From Octopus bimaculoides (Eukaryota), in the NCBI RefSeq assembly GCF_001194135.2, contig NC_068982.1, positions 135,588,067 to 135,650,124 of the forward strand: a stretch of DNA of 62,058 nucleotides, given 5' to 3'. Each line of letters opens with the position of its first letter. The first letter of the stretch is position 1. This document shows, piece by piece, positions 1-12,583 of this stretch. Both the position numbers and the translations under genes were made by a program. The notes under the pieces are model-generated. The model ran no database searches. It was not told the DNA's origin and saw only the letters and a list, made by a program, of their open reading frames with translations.

Positions 1-40
1 ATTTCGCCGCATTCCTACGATTCTGCCATTTCGTCACCTT
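1..40 (-). mobile_element. Degenerate 5' head of a family-A SINE, cut by the window edge
   Basis: ctacgattctgccatttcgtcacctt resembles the reverse-complement head ctaacgattctgccagctcgccgcctt seen at 16476-16499 and 44145-44170. Confidence 0.55.
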
Positions 41-71
41 TAAATGGTTCATAATAGTGAAATGATTAAAT

Positions 72-277
72 GGCGGCGAGCTGGCAGAAACGTTAGCACG
101 CTGGGCGGAATACTTAGCGGTATTTCGTGTACCTTTACGTTCTGATTTCAAATTCCGCAGAGGTCGAATTTGCCTTTCATTCTTTCGGGGTCGATAAATT
201 GCGTACTGGGTTTGATCTAATCGACTGGCCCCCCTCTCCTCAAAATTGCGGGCCTTGTGCCTAGAGTAGAAAAGAAT
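72..277 (+). mobile_element. SINE family A (head ggcggcgagctggcagaa), near full length, decayed TSD
   Basis: Matches about 12 other copies in the window; B-box-like gatttcaaattcc; flanks atagtgaaatgattaaat (54-71) and atactgaaatcattatat (276-293) match at 15/18. Confidence 0.9.
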
Positions 278-599
278 ACTGAAATCATTATATGATAGCA
301 TGTCTAGCTCTTTTACCTGAGTCCAAGTATATACTTTTACAAAGATTTACAATGGAAAAAAAGCCCATATGGATAACTCAGTGGAATTCCAGAGAATATT
401 TGCTGATGTTATCTGTTGTTCATTTAATGATTCATGGAATGCCGTCTAGGAAATATGTGTAACGAATTATATCTTTATTCTTTTGTTTCAGTTATGAAAC
501 AATAACTGTATATTTTGGAATTGCTGTTTCTACATCTCAAAACGTAACTCAATTTGTGTCAGAAATATGAAGCAATAAATGTAATAAAATAAAGAATAA

Positions 600-1330
600 T
601 ATGTTCGTATTTATGTAAATTAAATTTGATAACATAAATTCCAGATGATCAGGATAGATTGTTTTATCATATGTTTGTCTTCTAAGAGTAAAATCATTTA
701 AAATAAAGACTATGAGCAATGTTATACACAACAGTATTCTGCAAGCAATGGACAGAAGAGAGAAACGTTATTTTCGTTCAGAAAGCAGTATTAATATTCC
801 TAAAACAATTAATACTGTTCCGATTAGCTGCAGTAAACAAATAACCTAGGTATTACAGCGTATTCTATCTGAGACCAATGGAAAAATCGAAATTACGCCG
901 AAGAGATATGCAAGAAAGATGTATACAGTTTGAGAAATAAAAACCACACAACACAAGAATAAAAAATGCAAATGTCAAAAATTCTTGACTCCAAATGCTG
1001 TTCTGATTGACATTTATAATTGATTAAATATCTTTAACACTATGTATTTACAGCTTTAGGGGGTAAAAATCAATTTATAGATGACACGTACGAATACTCG
1101 TATTTTAAACAAAACTACAGCATTGGAAATATCGACTGGGTATAACATATTTGTAATAACAAATTTATGACTGGGATCCATAATTTAACTGCCCTTTCTC
1201 CACCTTACTTTACTGATTTTCGTTTATATACAGGTAATTTCAAACTATTTAAGACATCATTTGATATGGAAGTAGATACTGCAGAAGAACACTTTCAAAT
1301 TGAACATATTGAAATACAATATAACTAATT
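600..1330 (+). mobile_element. Decayed hAT (Charlie/SPIN-like) transposase remnant
   Basis: Manual translation across stops and frameshifts gives QL*G..NQFIDDTY, KLQHWKYRL and NFKLFKTSFDMEVDTAEEHFQIEHIEIQYN (1236-1325), resembling the F..PF.VDV..AP..LQMELIELQ motif of this family; boundaries approximate. Confidence 0.5.
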
Positions 1331-1394
1331 AAAATTTAAATATAATGAATATATATGTGCATACATAATGTTTAGCATTATCAGTAGATTTATT

Positions 1395-1645
1395 GTTGTT
1401 GGCACTCCGTCGCTTACGACGTCGAGTGTTCCAGTTGATCTGATCAACGGAACAGCCTGCTCGTGAAATTAACGTGCAAGTGGCTGAGCACTCCACAGAC
1501 ACGTGTACCCTTAACGTAGTTCTCGGGGATATTCAGCGTGACACAGTGTGACAAGGCTGACCCTTTGAATTACAGACACAACAGAACCAGGTAGTAAGAG
1601 TGAGAGAAAGTTGTGGTGAAAGAGTACAGCAGGGTTCACCACCAT
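1395..1645 (-). mobile_element. SINE family C1 body, 5'-truncated (tRNA head missing)
   Basis: Nearly identical to the body of the copies at 42641-42944 and 35445-35724. Confidence 0.9.
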
Positions 1646-1745
1646 ACAAAAGAGTGCCGACAAACTACACAACATGGTTGCTCTTCTAGATAAAGCAATG
1701 AATAAGCAATGGTAACGAAACGATATTTAATATAATAAAGCTAAC

Positions 1746-1861
1746 CTCCGATAAAGTATATCGTATCTTCAACTGATGCCATAACCATTCTGTCCAGACA
1801 TTTCGGCAGGGTTTGAGGGCAATGATTATCCAGTTCTTGCCATTGGCTACATTCATAAATC
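1746..1861 (-). CDS. Internal coding exon of a Kelch-repeat protein (116 bp, phase 2 to phase 1)
   Basis: Acceptor ttttcgttgtag|G and donor GAG|gttagc; encodes IYECSQWQELDNHCPQTLPKCLDRMVMASVEDTIYFIG(G) with Kelch W and hydrophobic-GG motifs; in phase with exon 9418-9601. Confidence 0.85.
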
Positions 1862-2059
1862 CTACAACGAAAATAAATCAACATGTTAATGTAGATGCTC
1901 TGTATATATATATATANNNNNNNNNNNNNNNNNNNNNNNNNNNNNNNNNNNNNNNNNNNNNNNNNNNNNNNNNNNNNNNNNNNNNNNNNNNNNNNNNNNN
2001 NNNNNNNNNNNNNNNNNNNNNNNNNNNNNNNNNNNNNNNNNNNNNNNNNNNNTACATAT

Positions 2060-2275
2060 AGTAAATCCCCAAAAAGAATAACAGCAAATACAAAAACGCA
2101 ACAACGCGAGGACATGGTATATGTAAAGTATTAGGAGAGTTCAGGGAAGGAAAGAAAGATGGTTTAACGTTTCGAGCATCGGTCTTCTTCATAAACAGAG
2201 GAAAGTCCAATAGAAAGGAAGACGGAGGAAGTAAATCGTCAACGATTCACATGTGGTTACATTTTGGAATGTATA
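2060..2275 (-). mobile_element. Non-coding repeat with a decayed minimal hammerhead-like motif; putative inverted Penelope pseudo-LTR
   Basis: Minus strand 2192-2169 reads ATGAAGA-A-GACC-GAT-GCTC-GAAAC; directly abuts a Penelope ORF remnant on the opposite strand. Confidence 0.5.
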
Positions 2276-2289
2276 TATAAAACAACTAA

Positions 2290-3190
2290 ATCAGCAAACA
2301 ACAACTGGCCCTGCACCCACCTCATTCTTCAAAAATATAGATTGCACACCTTTATCTAAAACATCGATAGCACTACTCCCAGACACCCCTCCAAAAAGCG
2401 GTGGATGCTCTATTCTGTGGTAATAACCCCCATTCTCACTTAAAGTTAAGAACTATGCTAAATCCTTCTTTAAAATACTAGACTCTTACTTCATTCGGCA
2501 ACATAAATATCATTCTATCTTTAATAGATCCACCCTGAAACTATCCTATTCTGCCCCTCCCAATTTCGAATCTATTGTAACAGCCTCTAATAAGCGAAAG
2601 CCTTCTCTTTACTATCAAGACTCACATAATTACAACTCTCGTCATACGAACGGTTAATATACACACAGCTCCAGCACAGATACCCTTACATTAGACCACA
2701 ACCACAACCCAACCCATCCTACTGACACCACCACAATCTCTACCACTCTTACAGATAGTACAATTAATAACAACAATAGTAAAAATAACAATGATGGTAA
2801 TGATAACGTTAATAATACTAATAATCTAGACTTTTCTACCCACTTCTCTAACCTCTCCTCTGAAAATATTACCTTCTCCATCCCTGAACACAATCCCTAA
2901 AATTCGCCTTATTGTAACTGCTGTCTTGGAACCATTGCAGAGGATGTAATGTAATTTACAAATGCACTGTCCTTAATCTATTATACAAATCTACTGCCAT
3001 GTACATAGGATCAACCAAGATTTTCAAGCAACAATATGCCACTCACGTCCATTCTTTTAGATACGATAAACATAGTAATCTACAACACTCGCCGAAAATA
3101 CAATGGACGTGAGTTAAAATGAAAACAGTAAGAAACGAGTGCAGAACAAATATATAGTGCGTGTGTTTATTTGGCAAAAGAAAAAATAAG
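2290..3190 (+). mobile_element. Penelope-like element remnant (RT thumb region + GIY-YIG endonuclease), 5'-truncated and pseudogenised
   Basis: 2412-2600 translates ILW**PPFSLKVKNYAKSFFKILDSYFIRQHKYHSIFNRSTLKLSYSAPPNFESIVTASNKRK (PLE WFNPPFS...IFNR.T.K.SYS motif); 2945 onward gives CNVIYKCTV...MYIGSTKIFKQQYATHVHSFR (GIY-YIG); an N/T-rich linker lies between. Confidence 0.85.
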
Positions 3191-3193
3191 ACT

Positions 3194-4215
3194 TTGGTGC
3201 AAACTGTTCGAGATTTGCTCTTCGTAGACGATTGTGCATTTGTAGCATACTTGCTTAAGGGCATGCAGTGGATTCTAAACAACTTCTTGCGTGCATCGAA
3301 GGCCTTTGGTCTGACCATCAACATCAAGAAAACTTAGCTTGTCCATCAGCCTATTCGTGACCATCTTCCCGCTGTTGCCCCTACTATATATGTTGATGTG
3401 AAAGCATTAAAAACTGTTTCCTCCTTAATTTATCTTGATTCCATTGTGTCCAATGATGCGAAGATTGACAAAGAAATCGAATCTAGAATCAGAGAGTCTA
3501 GCTTTGCTTCGGTAAGATTTTTCGCAGACTATGGAACAACCACGGCGTATCGCTGAAGTTAATGTGTATAAGTCGGTGGTCATGACAATATTGCTTTATG
3601 GTGCTGAATCTTGGACTTCGTACGGAAATCACATCAATCAGCTTGATGCTTTTCATATGTGATGCTTGCATAGTATCTCCAACATAAAACCGAGAGACCA
3701 TATTCATAACAGTGAGGAACTTACAAAATGAAACAAATCAGATATTGTAGCCATCCTCATCAAAATTCAGCTTAGATGGTCAGGTTATTTCTCAAGTTTG
3801 GGTGATATCAGAATGCCGAAGCAACTTCCCTTTGGCTAGTTTCCAACAGGAAGTTCTGTTGGAAGGTCAGGCTTGCGCTTCAAAAATAAACTAAAAGACA
3901 ATCTGAAACGATGCAAAATTCCCTTTTCTTCTTGGGAAAACGAAGCATCAGAACGCACAACCTGTCACCGGTAAAAAAAACTTTGAGCATAATCGACTCC
4001 AACACCAGAACCAGCTTCGTGCAAGCATGAAAGCACGCTGGTAAAACACTGCTCCGTTAGATGGAAACCTTAACTCTCATTGTGCTTTTGTGGTACGAAG
4101 CAAAGCAGGCCTAGCCGTCCACTCAAGAAAATACATAGTAAATAATCCACAAGGACTCAAGCAAACTGAGTCTTCAACTTGTTCCTCGCTGTCTGGTCGC
4201 TCTTGAAGAGACTTA
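3194..4215 (+). mobile_element. RTE-clade (BovB-like) LINE 3' remnant, 5'-truncated within RT
   Basis: VRDLLFVDDCAF (FVDD at 3221-3232), FGLTINIKKT, VYKSVVMTILLYGAESWT, QLRWSG, RMPKQL, LRFKNKLKDNLKRC and C-terminal HCAFVVRSKAGLAVHSR; several stops and frameshifts. Confidence 0.9.
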
Positions 4216-4560
4216 AGTGAGTTTGGTGTGCATGGTGAGGGCGTGTGTGTGTATGTATGTGTGTGTGTGTGCCAACTGTATGAATGCGTATATCTAGGTA
4301 CGTGTGTATCTACTGTGTGTGTAGTGTGGGGGAGCGCGTGCGTGTACGCTGGCGTGTGGGTAGCGAGTGCGTATCAGCTATGCGTGGGGGCTTGCTTTCG
4401 TGTACATGTGGGTATATGTGTCATCTGCGTATATCTGACATTTTACAATTCATAATTTTCATTACTAAGTTTAACTTACAAAAGTTTTCTTTCATACTTT
4501 ACTCCTCTGAATGCTTATCCTCTATGTAACAAACTCCATTATAATATTTCTATTCACCAA

Positions 4561-4757
4561 GGCGCCGAGCTAGCAGAAATGTTAGCACGTCAGGCGAAAT
4601 GTTTAGCGGTATTTCATTTGTCTTTACGTTTTGAGTTCAAATTCCGCCGAGGTCGACTTTGCTTTTCATCCACCGGGGTCGATAAATTAAGTACCCGTTG
4701 CGCACTTGGATCGATCTAATTGACTGGTCCCCTCCCCAAAATTTTGCGCCTTGTGCT
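4561..4757 (+). mobile_element. SINE family A
   Basis: ggcgccgagctagcagaa head, gttcaaattcc B-box, ggtcgactttgcttttcatcc core; 3' end clipped. Confidence 0.9.
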
Positions 4758-5734
4758 ATTGACCATTTCTTCAACGTCTATTTTCTTTACACGACTAGCC
4801 ACATTTAATAACATACTATCATTTCTTGTATCTCTAAAACATCTACTAAAGAATCATTAGTTAATGTTTGATTCACTGCTACAATTTTAAGCATCAAGGC
4901 GACAGGTGTAGGGCACCTCTTAACTTTCTATATTCGTATAACTTTTAATGACATATATCTCTTAAACTGAACTCTAATTTATTCCCTCTGATTATTCTAT
5001 ATCATCATCCACACTTAGCTATGGAGACAACTACAGTTAAAGCACCTTTTTATAGTTCCTGACTTAGGTACTTACTTCCTAAAACGATTGAGATACATCC
5101 ATTAAAACTTAGAAATTTATAGCTTGTGTTAACATTCATCGAATTTGTTGTTAATATACCATGCATAATTTTTTAAAAGCTTTACTTATACTGAAATTAC
5201 CTTTGTACATTATTCTCCAAATTATAACGCTTCCTCTCCAAAATAATATTCTTTCAGTACATTTACACCAAGTCTCAGAATTGCAATCATCTCTAACACT
5301 GACTTCCTGTTCTTCCCACCGAAATTTCTTTTAGATTCCATTAGTTCATATGTTACTATTATGACTAAATAATTTTATTCCATTTTATTTGTAGCCATAT
5401 TCATGCTTTGCACATGCCATATTTTCTTAATAATGCAATCTTTATGCGTTTTAAGTAAGAACATGATGTAATGTACTAATATATATATTTTTTAATTTTC
5501 ATAAACTCCCCAATTAATTTCTACGTTTTAATCACCTCTTAATCTTAGCAGACTTAGATTCAATCACATTAAAATGCTGGTTATAATTAACGAATCTTTA
5601 TAGCCCTATACAAAATCAAGGCGAAAGAGATTAAGTAAGGGGCTATCATGGAAGGAACGCGGGCCTCTTTTACAGACGTTCCAATATATTTAGCGTGTTA
5701 TTATGAATGTTTGCAGGGATTTACTTGTATTTTG

Positions 5735-5915
5735 GTAGAACTTCAGTAAAAAATTCCGTGTTATTTTCCCCGACTCTTTAACTCTCAGTTTAAATACTTC
5801 GTAGCTTAATCTTACCTTTTATCCCCTCTGGAGTCGATAAATTAAAGTACCAGTCACGTGATGGGATTGATGGTATCGACTAACTCTTACAATTGCTGGC
5901 TTTGCACATTAAAAT
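5735..5915 (+). mobile_element. Old degenerate family-A-related SINE
   Basis: ccttttatcccctctggagtcgataaattaaagtaccag core and ttgctggctttgc tail. Confidence 0.6.
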
Positions 5916-6169
5916 AACAACAGTTATTATAAACGTTAGTGAAATTTACTTATAAATGATGTAGTTAGAAAATATACTTTAGAACTTATAATAAACTATA
6001 AGGCTAGTCTGTGGGACATATTTTAAAATCTTTGTTTTGACTCTGACTTCTTACACAATATGGCTGATCGCGAGCTTTGATCGTGAATTTTTGTATTGTG
6101 TATTTTGGCACTGGGTGTTACTGTAATCGTGTCAAAGTTTTCATATAATATTGGCTGAAAATTTTGGTA

Positions 6170-6305
6170 CAAGGTCAGCGATTTCTGGGTACTTACTTTA
6201 TCGCCACCCACCCAAAAGAATGAAAGGCAACTCAGAACATAAAGAAGGGTGAAATGCCCCTCACAATTTTGTCCGGTGTGTTAACGATTCTCCCAGCTAG
6301 CCGGC
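6170..6305 (-). mobile_element. Degenerate family-A SINE fragment
   Basis: gtacttactttatcg, atgaaaggcaa, aactcagaac and taacgattctcccagct match the reverse-complement family-A motifs. Confidence 0.55.
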
Positions 6306-6573
6306 TTAATTAATATTATTATATTAAAAGAAATGAAATCCATTTAATTGACGGCAATTTTCAATAATTAAACTAAATACAATTTATAACGATGATGGCA
6401 TTTGAATTCGGAATGTAGTGGGTAACACTAAATATTTCAAGGACTCAAAACGATTTTCCCGCTAAGGTCTTAGTGAAAAGTATACAGTCAGTACCTCTAT
6501 ATCGTAATAAATATAAACTGAAGTAGGAACAGTGATTGAGGTGGATTGCATTTTCTCAAGGTTTCGTTGTTAT

Positions 6574-6607
<34 letters not shown>

Positions 6608-6924
6608 NNNNNNNNNNNNNNNNNNNNNNNNNNNNNNNNNNNNNNNNNNNNNNNNNNNNNNNNNNNNNNNNNNNNNNNNNNNNNNNNNNNNNNNNNNNNN
6701 NNNNNNNNNNNNNNNNNNNNNNNNNNNNNNNNNNNNNNNNNNNNNNNNNNNNNNNNNNNNNNNNNNNNNNNNNNNNNNNNNNNNNNNNNNNNNNNNNNNN
6801 NNNNNNNNNNNNNNNNNNNNNNNNNNNNNNNNNNNNNNNNNNNNNNNNNNNNNNNNNNNNNNNNNNNNNNNNNNNNNNNNNNNNNNNNNNNNNNNNNNNN
6901 NNNNNNNNNNNNNNNNNNNNNNNN

Positions 6925-7100
6925 AAGGGAAGGGCAAAGGGGCCGATACAGCTTGGCACCTGTGACGTCGCAACTCATTTCTACAGCTGAGTGAACTGGA
7001 GCAGCGTGAAATAAAGTGTCTTGCTCAAGAACACAACACGCAGCCCGGTCCGGGATTCGAACTCACAACATGACGGTCGTAAGTTTGCCGCTCTAGCCAC
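6925..7100 (-). mobile_element. tRNA-headed SINE (family E) sharing the cttgagcaagacacttta module with family C2
   Basis: gtgaaataaagtgtcttgctcaagaacacaac followed by gggattcgaactc (reverse-complement B-box); 3' part runs into a gap. Confidence 0.8.
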
Positions 7101-9417
7101 ACACACACACACACACACACATGTACTAAACAGCTCTTTTAACTTATCTTTTAAAACTTGTTTCTAAATTGTGCTTGATATACGAAGGTCAGTCGTACTT
7201 ACACATTTGGAATTTTTCGAATACAAATATACAAACTCCTAAACGACTACTTACTAATTATTGTTCTAGTAGCAAATATTTTACAAAGGTTAACTGAATT
7301 ATTCTAAATCTTTATCAATGTTTTATGAGATAAAAATCATCAGGATATAATTGTAACTTCTTGACTGGAAATTCTGGATCTGTATTTAAAAGCAGAGAAA
7401 TATTTCTTTTCACAGAAGCAAAAATGTAAAAAGAAGTAGAGTGTAGGATATGCAAGATAAGCCCCTTAGAAAGAGACTGATAGTTTAACTAGATAGATAT
7501 TATTCATTCCAATATTCACCTTAACTGACTAGTGATAAAATAGTATTTGTACAGCAAATTCGTGCACGGGAAACCTGCAACCTCTCCACATACGCATGTG
7601 CACACGTATGAAGTTTAAAGGCTTTGTGGAGTTACCTTTAAGAAAATGTGTTCAAACAAGAGCAGACACGCATTCAGTTTCAAAACAGCAGAGTTCCATA
7701 TTAAATATATCAAAACAAAACAGAATGGTTTTCGCTGCTTATTTTTGTTTCCAAATCCCGACGAGTTAGAGTTCATGTTTCACCAATCCAGTAACAAAAT
7801 ACTAACAGTAATACATATGCCTTATTAAGCAACATCTTTCACTACGAAATATAACTTAGAACCGATGTAATCAATTCTTATTCATCACAAATATGCTACT
7901 TACAGGAATTGAAGTTTTTCATTTAGGTATATTAATTAGCTGAATTTCATCATTTGTTTTTAATCTTCTATCCATGTTCATTTTCCCCAGTACGCTGCCA
8001 TAATATACACATATATATCTACATGTACGTACATACATACATACACACATACATACATACATACATTCATTCATACATACACACAAGCACGCACACTCAC
8101 AAATACACACACATATACATATGTACCTACATAATATAATCTATAGTTTTCAATTTCTAGTTTTATCAATTAGACTAATAAAGGTCATTAACGTAATGAA
8201 CGGTACAAATTAAATATATTAAGATACAATTTTTAATTCCTATGTCAACGATTTATAATTTACTTTCTAACACTCAAAGGTCAATAGAATAAATACCAGT
8301 AATAAGTTGATATCGTTTTAAGCAATAGCACCATTCCATTACCCAAAATCTCTGTAACCGATGTAATCAATCGATTTCATCATAAATCGAAAATACCATC
8401 GAGAAAGATATAAAGTTTAGGAGAACAGAATTTATAGTACAGCTTTGCTTCCTACTTGAAAGTCATCTCATTCCACTTATATCATTCATTGAAGGACATG
8501 TCCAAAATCTGGTTTCCATTATCTCATGAAACATTTCCTCTTCACTTTAGTTGCTAATGACTTTAGCAAAGAATTGAATCCGACAAAATCCACTTCAAAC
8601 TAAGAAATAACGCCTTTTTGATTTGTCAAACTCAAAACAATGTTATTATTATTACGTAACCTTTTATCATTGATATAACAATTAAGAATGATTTAGATCG
8701 GAAACTTTTCTGACTGTCGCAAAAGAGAAATGCAATTGATGACATCCTGGTAATGCAGGATATTCAATGAGGAGAAGTAATTAATGTTTGAAAGTAGGAA
8801 ATATTTTAACCTATTAGACTGTAGGAGCAGTATTAGAGATCTATTGTTCCTATAGTGATTCATGGGACTATCATCTCTGTTTTTTCTCCAGGTATACAAG
8901 AGATTAATAGAATTGATTACTGTATTCTAACCAAATATTCATGGTTCTGAAAGTGTTGCTGCCGCAGAGGCTAAATATGCTATACTATCGTATATACAGC
9001 ATCTGAGCGAATGCAGTCTTTGAAAGGTAAGCGATCAGGTAAATAACACAATTATATTGCATGAGAACATGACAATCTCCAACCCCTTGGCGCAATTTCT
9101 GAAACCTTATCGAATTGACCAGCCACACGCATGAAACTCGATAATATGGAAAAAAGCATTTGAAGAATGAATTTTATTCATGGGCAAATTGGAAGAAGAA
9201 AAGTCATGGTGACTATGGTATTGGTATTTCGAAGTTGAGACCAGTAAGAAGTGAAAGTGTAATATTAGAAAAATTTAAGATAAAGGGATTTTAGACAAAT
9301 AAAACTGATTTCAACTGACGAAGTTTTGAATTTGCTAGACCTGGAGAAATACAGACTGAAATTAACAACAATGCTCTCGAATTGTATAAAATTAAAATGT
9401 GAAACCATTTTACATAC

Positions 9418-9601
9418 CAGAAGTTATTCCGACCTTTTCCTTTTAATGTTCCTCCTGCTGCAAAAAGTGATTTTTCTGATAACAATGTACAGGAAATCCA
9501 AACACGAGGTGACGGCAATCGACTTCCTTCTTTCCATACACCAGTTTGTGTATTATAGATTTCAAAACAATCCGTCGGGCAACCACCAGTTTTTTCTCCA
9601 C
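9418..9601 (-). CDS. Internal coding exon of a Kelch-repeat protein (184 bp, phase 1 to phase 2)
   Basis: Acceptor atatgcag|GT and donor CTG|gtatgt; encodes (G)GEKTGGCPTDCFEIYNTQTGVWKEGSRLPSPRVWISCTLLSEKSLFAAGGTLKGKGRNNF(W), a complete Kelch blade. Confidence 0.9.
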
Positions 9602-11649
9602 CTGCATATATATTAGTAGATTTCTGTTTAAATATATTTGTGTGTTAATACAGGAGACTTTCAACAGTTTTACAGTTATTTAGACGCTTTGGTTTGGAAT
9701 CAGTTTGGAAGAAATTCATATGGATTTCTAATGAGCTTAAGGAAGCAGTAACGGCATATGTGCCAAATTTCATGCATAACAATAGTAAGCGTAATATATA
9801 GTTTAAAACGATAAACGACAAGAAGAAATGTTCGTTCGTGTTTTCCCCTTTTCTTAAGCACTTACATTTAGTTTGTAAATGAAGCACATTTGTATTCATG
9901 AATAACTAAACGTTATTACTTTCATCCCCACAAAAAGTAAAAAAAACAAAAAAACGCATGAATTCGTTAGGAGGAATAATCAATTTAATCGATCCTAGAA
10001 CTGTTTAATAATATTGTAACGCTGAATGTAAAATTCACCAAGGAAATGGAAATAGCTCAATACAATGCTCTATGCTAGAGATACAAACAACTTCTCACAA
10101 GTTAGTTTTGGAAAAGTGAGTTTTGTGATAAATATAGTGGAGACACAATCGACTTGAGTTAAACCCTTGTCTGCCAGAGAAATCATTATCGTATATGGCA
10201 CTTTCTTATAACCTTTTTGTAAAGATCTTTCATTTATTTGTATCGCCTTGTTTTGCTGGTTAGTACCAGGAAATTCTTGATCGAAACAAGCCGATAATCA
10301 AAGGAGCTCCAGCGGTGACCAACCGTCTTGCATTTTTCATATCTATAATCACTGTCTAATATTTTCTTTCGACTTTAAGACAGCAAGGCTGCATTTGAGG
10401 GTTGTTTGGCTGCTATCTTTAGCAGTCTGGGGAAACAAATAAGAGGCTACCCCTTTGGTACGTACTAACTTCGTTGTTGGATTTAACTCAATGATAAATT
10501 ATAAGATTAATTGGTACTGCTCTGGCTGTTTAATTAGATATTGTAAATACAATCGTGATGTAGATGCTTCTATAGAATGTCTTGAAATTTCATTCACAAT
10601 AAATAGATAAACTAGAATACAATATGAATTAGCTCTGTTCTTATAAATAAATTAAACCAGTGTTTTAGAAACATGACGGGCAGGATATGGTCTGTTTCCT
10701 GAGTTATTGATAGAAATCTTAAACTATGTCATAGCGTTTCTTGACATCAATAGTTTTTATGTGTGGTGAATTCTGTCGAACAAGTGCTTATTGTTGTTTT
10801 TCATCTGCAATATGAAATGAAGTACCTTGCTCAAGGACAAAATACGCAGTCTGGTCCAAGAATCAAATCCATTACCTTATGGTCATGAGCTGAATTACAT
10901 CCGAATTACCGGGAACATATAGTGGCACTTACACCATCAATATGTATTAGAAAAGTATGAACACGATACAAATCCCTTTTTCGCTTCCCTAAACGTCATG
11001 TTCTTCTTTCTAAATCAGAAGTGAAGGTAAATTATATTTCGTCGTGTGAAAGATAAAGAAATTTGTTTCAGAGGACGAAGGTATAGAAGTGATTTTATCT
11101 TTTGTTCTGAGCTTGATATTTCTTTCAGAGTAATGAACGAATGATGCATTTCAAGCCAACAGTTCATCTACACATATTAGTCAAATTTTTATCCATGTCT
11201 TTGTCTCTTCGTTTCACATAAATTCATGCTGCTGCACATATATTCTATAGAAGAATAGAAACTGGATTCGTTAAGTTTAATTACAATAGTAATGTATAGC
11301 CCTATTGTAGTTGACCGGTACATTACCGGTACATTACCGGTAGTCTTTTATCGTTACAGAAATAATGAAAAACAATTATTTACAAAACTAATCTTAAAGG
11401 AATATATATGATCATCACTACGATTATATCAAGACTCTCTTATACTAACATAAACTAACATAAACTCTCTTATACTAACATAAAAGCAACAGAACATATT
11501 TGAAAGGGTGTATGAGGATACAGTAAATTAGTGCCGCCCGGGAACTAGCAGGTACTTATCATATCGACTCTCGATGCAAAGGATGAAAAACAATATTGTT
11601 TTCTCAGGAAATGAACTTAAAATGTATAGAGACGTAATTAAATAAGACT

Positions 11650-12538
11650 TTACAAAGGATCCAGGTAAAGGAAGTCAGTAAGCATCGAGCAGTCCGAAGA
11701 TGGTATAAAAAAGCAACTTTCAGGAACAAGTGTTGCTTATTGACGTAGAAGGTTGTAATTTTTTCCTCATATCGAAGTTCGATAAGCTGAAAAGAGTTAT
11801 TTTATAGTTCACAGTTAGCTATTGGTGTTGCTTTGTATGCGAATAAAAATCCCTGTTTAGGGAATGGAGTTGGTAAAATGTAGGCTATATGTGTTTCCTA
11901 GCAAGCAGAACTTCCAAAGTAGTAATTACTCAACAAGGGGTACTCCACTAGCTGCTTATCAGGCTGAAGATTCCTCAGTTAGATGAAGGTTACATTTTGT
12001 CAAGGGATCCCATGTTAACTCGCATGAGGTTTGATCGAAAATGCGTGGAAAGCGCAGACAGAGAGAACAAAGAGGAAAGCATAAGTGCGAAAAAATAATA
12101 TATGGTAGTCAGTAAATGTTTAAAGTTGTTGAGAAAATGAAAAAGCGTAAAAATAAAGAAATGGAGAGGGGCTAGATTCAGGAGAAAAAATTGGTAACAT
12201 TAAATCTAGCTAGGGGAAGTTCTTTGTGAATTTAGGCTGTGGTTATTTACTATGTCTACTGTAAAATGAATAAATAAATAAATATATTTAAACAAAATCA
12301 AAGAAAAATAAAAGGGGCGAATGATAGGAGCAGGAGAAAAAGAGAAAAAATAGGCGTGGTAGTAGTTCGATTTTTTAAAAGAGAGGGGGAAGGAGAGGGA
12401 GGTAGGGGATAAGGTTTCTGGTTGATAGGGTTACATACTAACTCTAGGTAAGTTGGTAGTTAATCACTTAACAAGAAGACTATACGTGTAAGGCTATATA
12501 TATATATATATGCATACGTACATGCATGTATGTATGTG

Positions 12539-12583
<45 letters not shown>

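Noticed and set aside
549-970. Hydrophobic minus-strand frame resembling a membrane protein
   Set aside because: It has two in-frame stops and is the T-rich antisense of the hAT remnant
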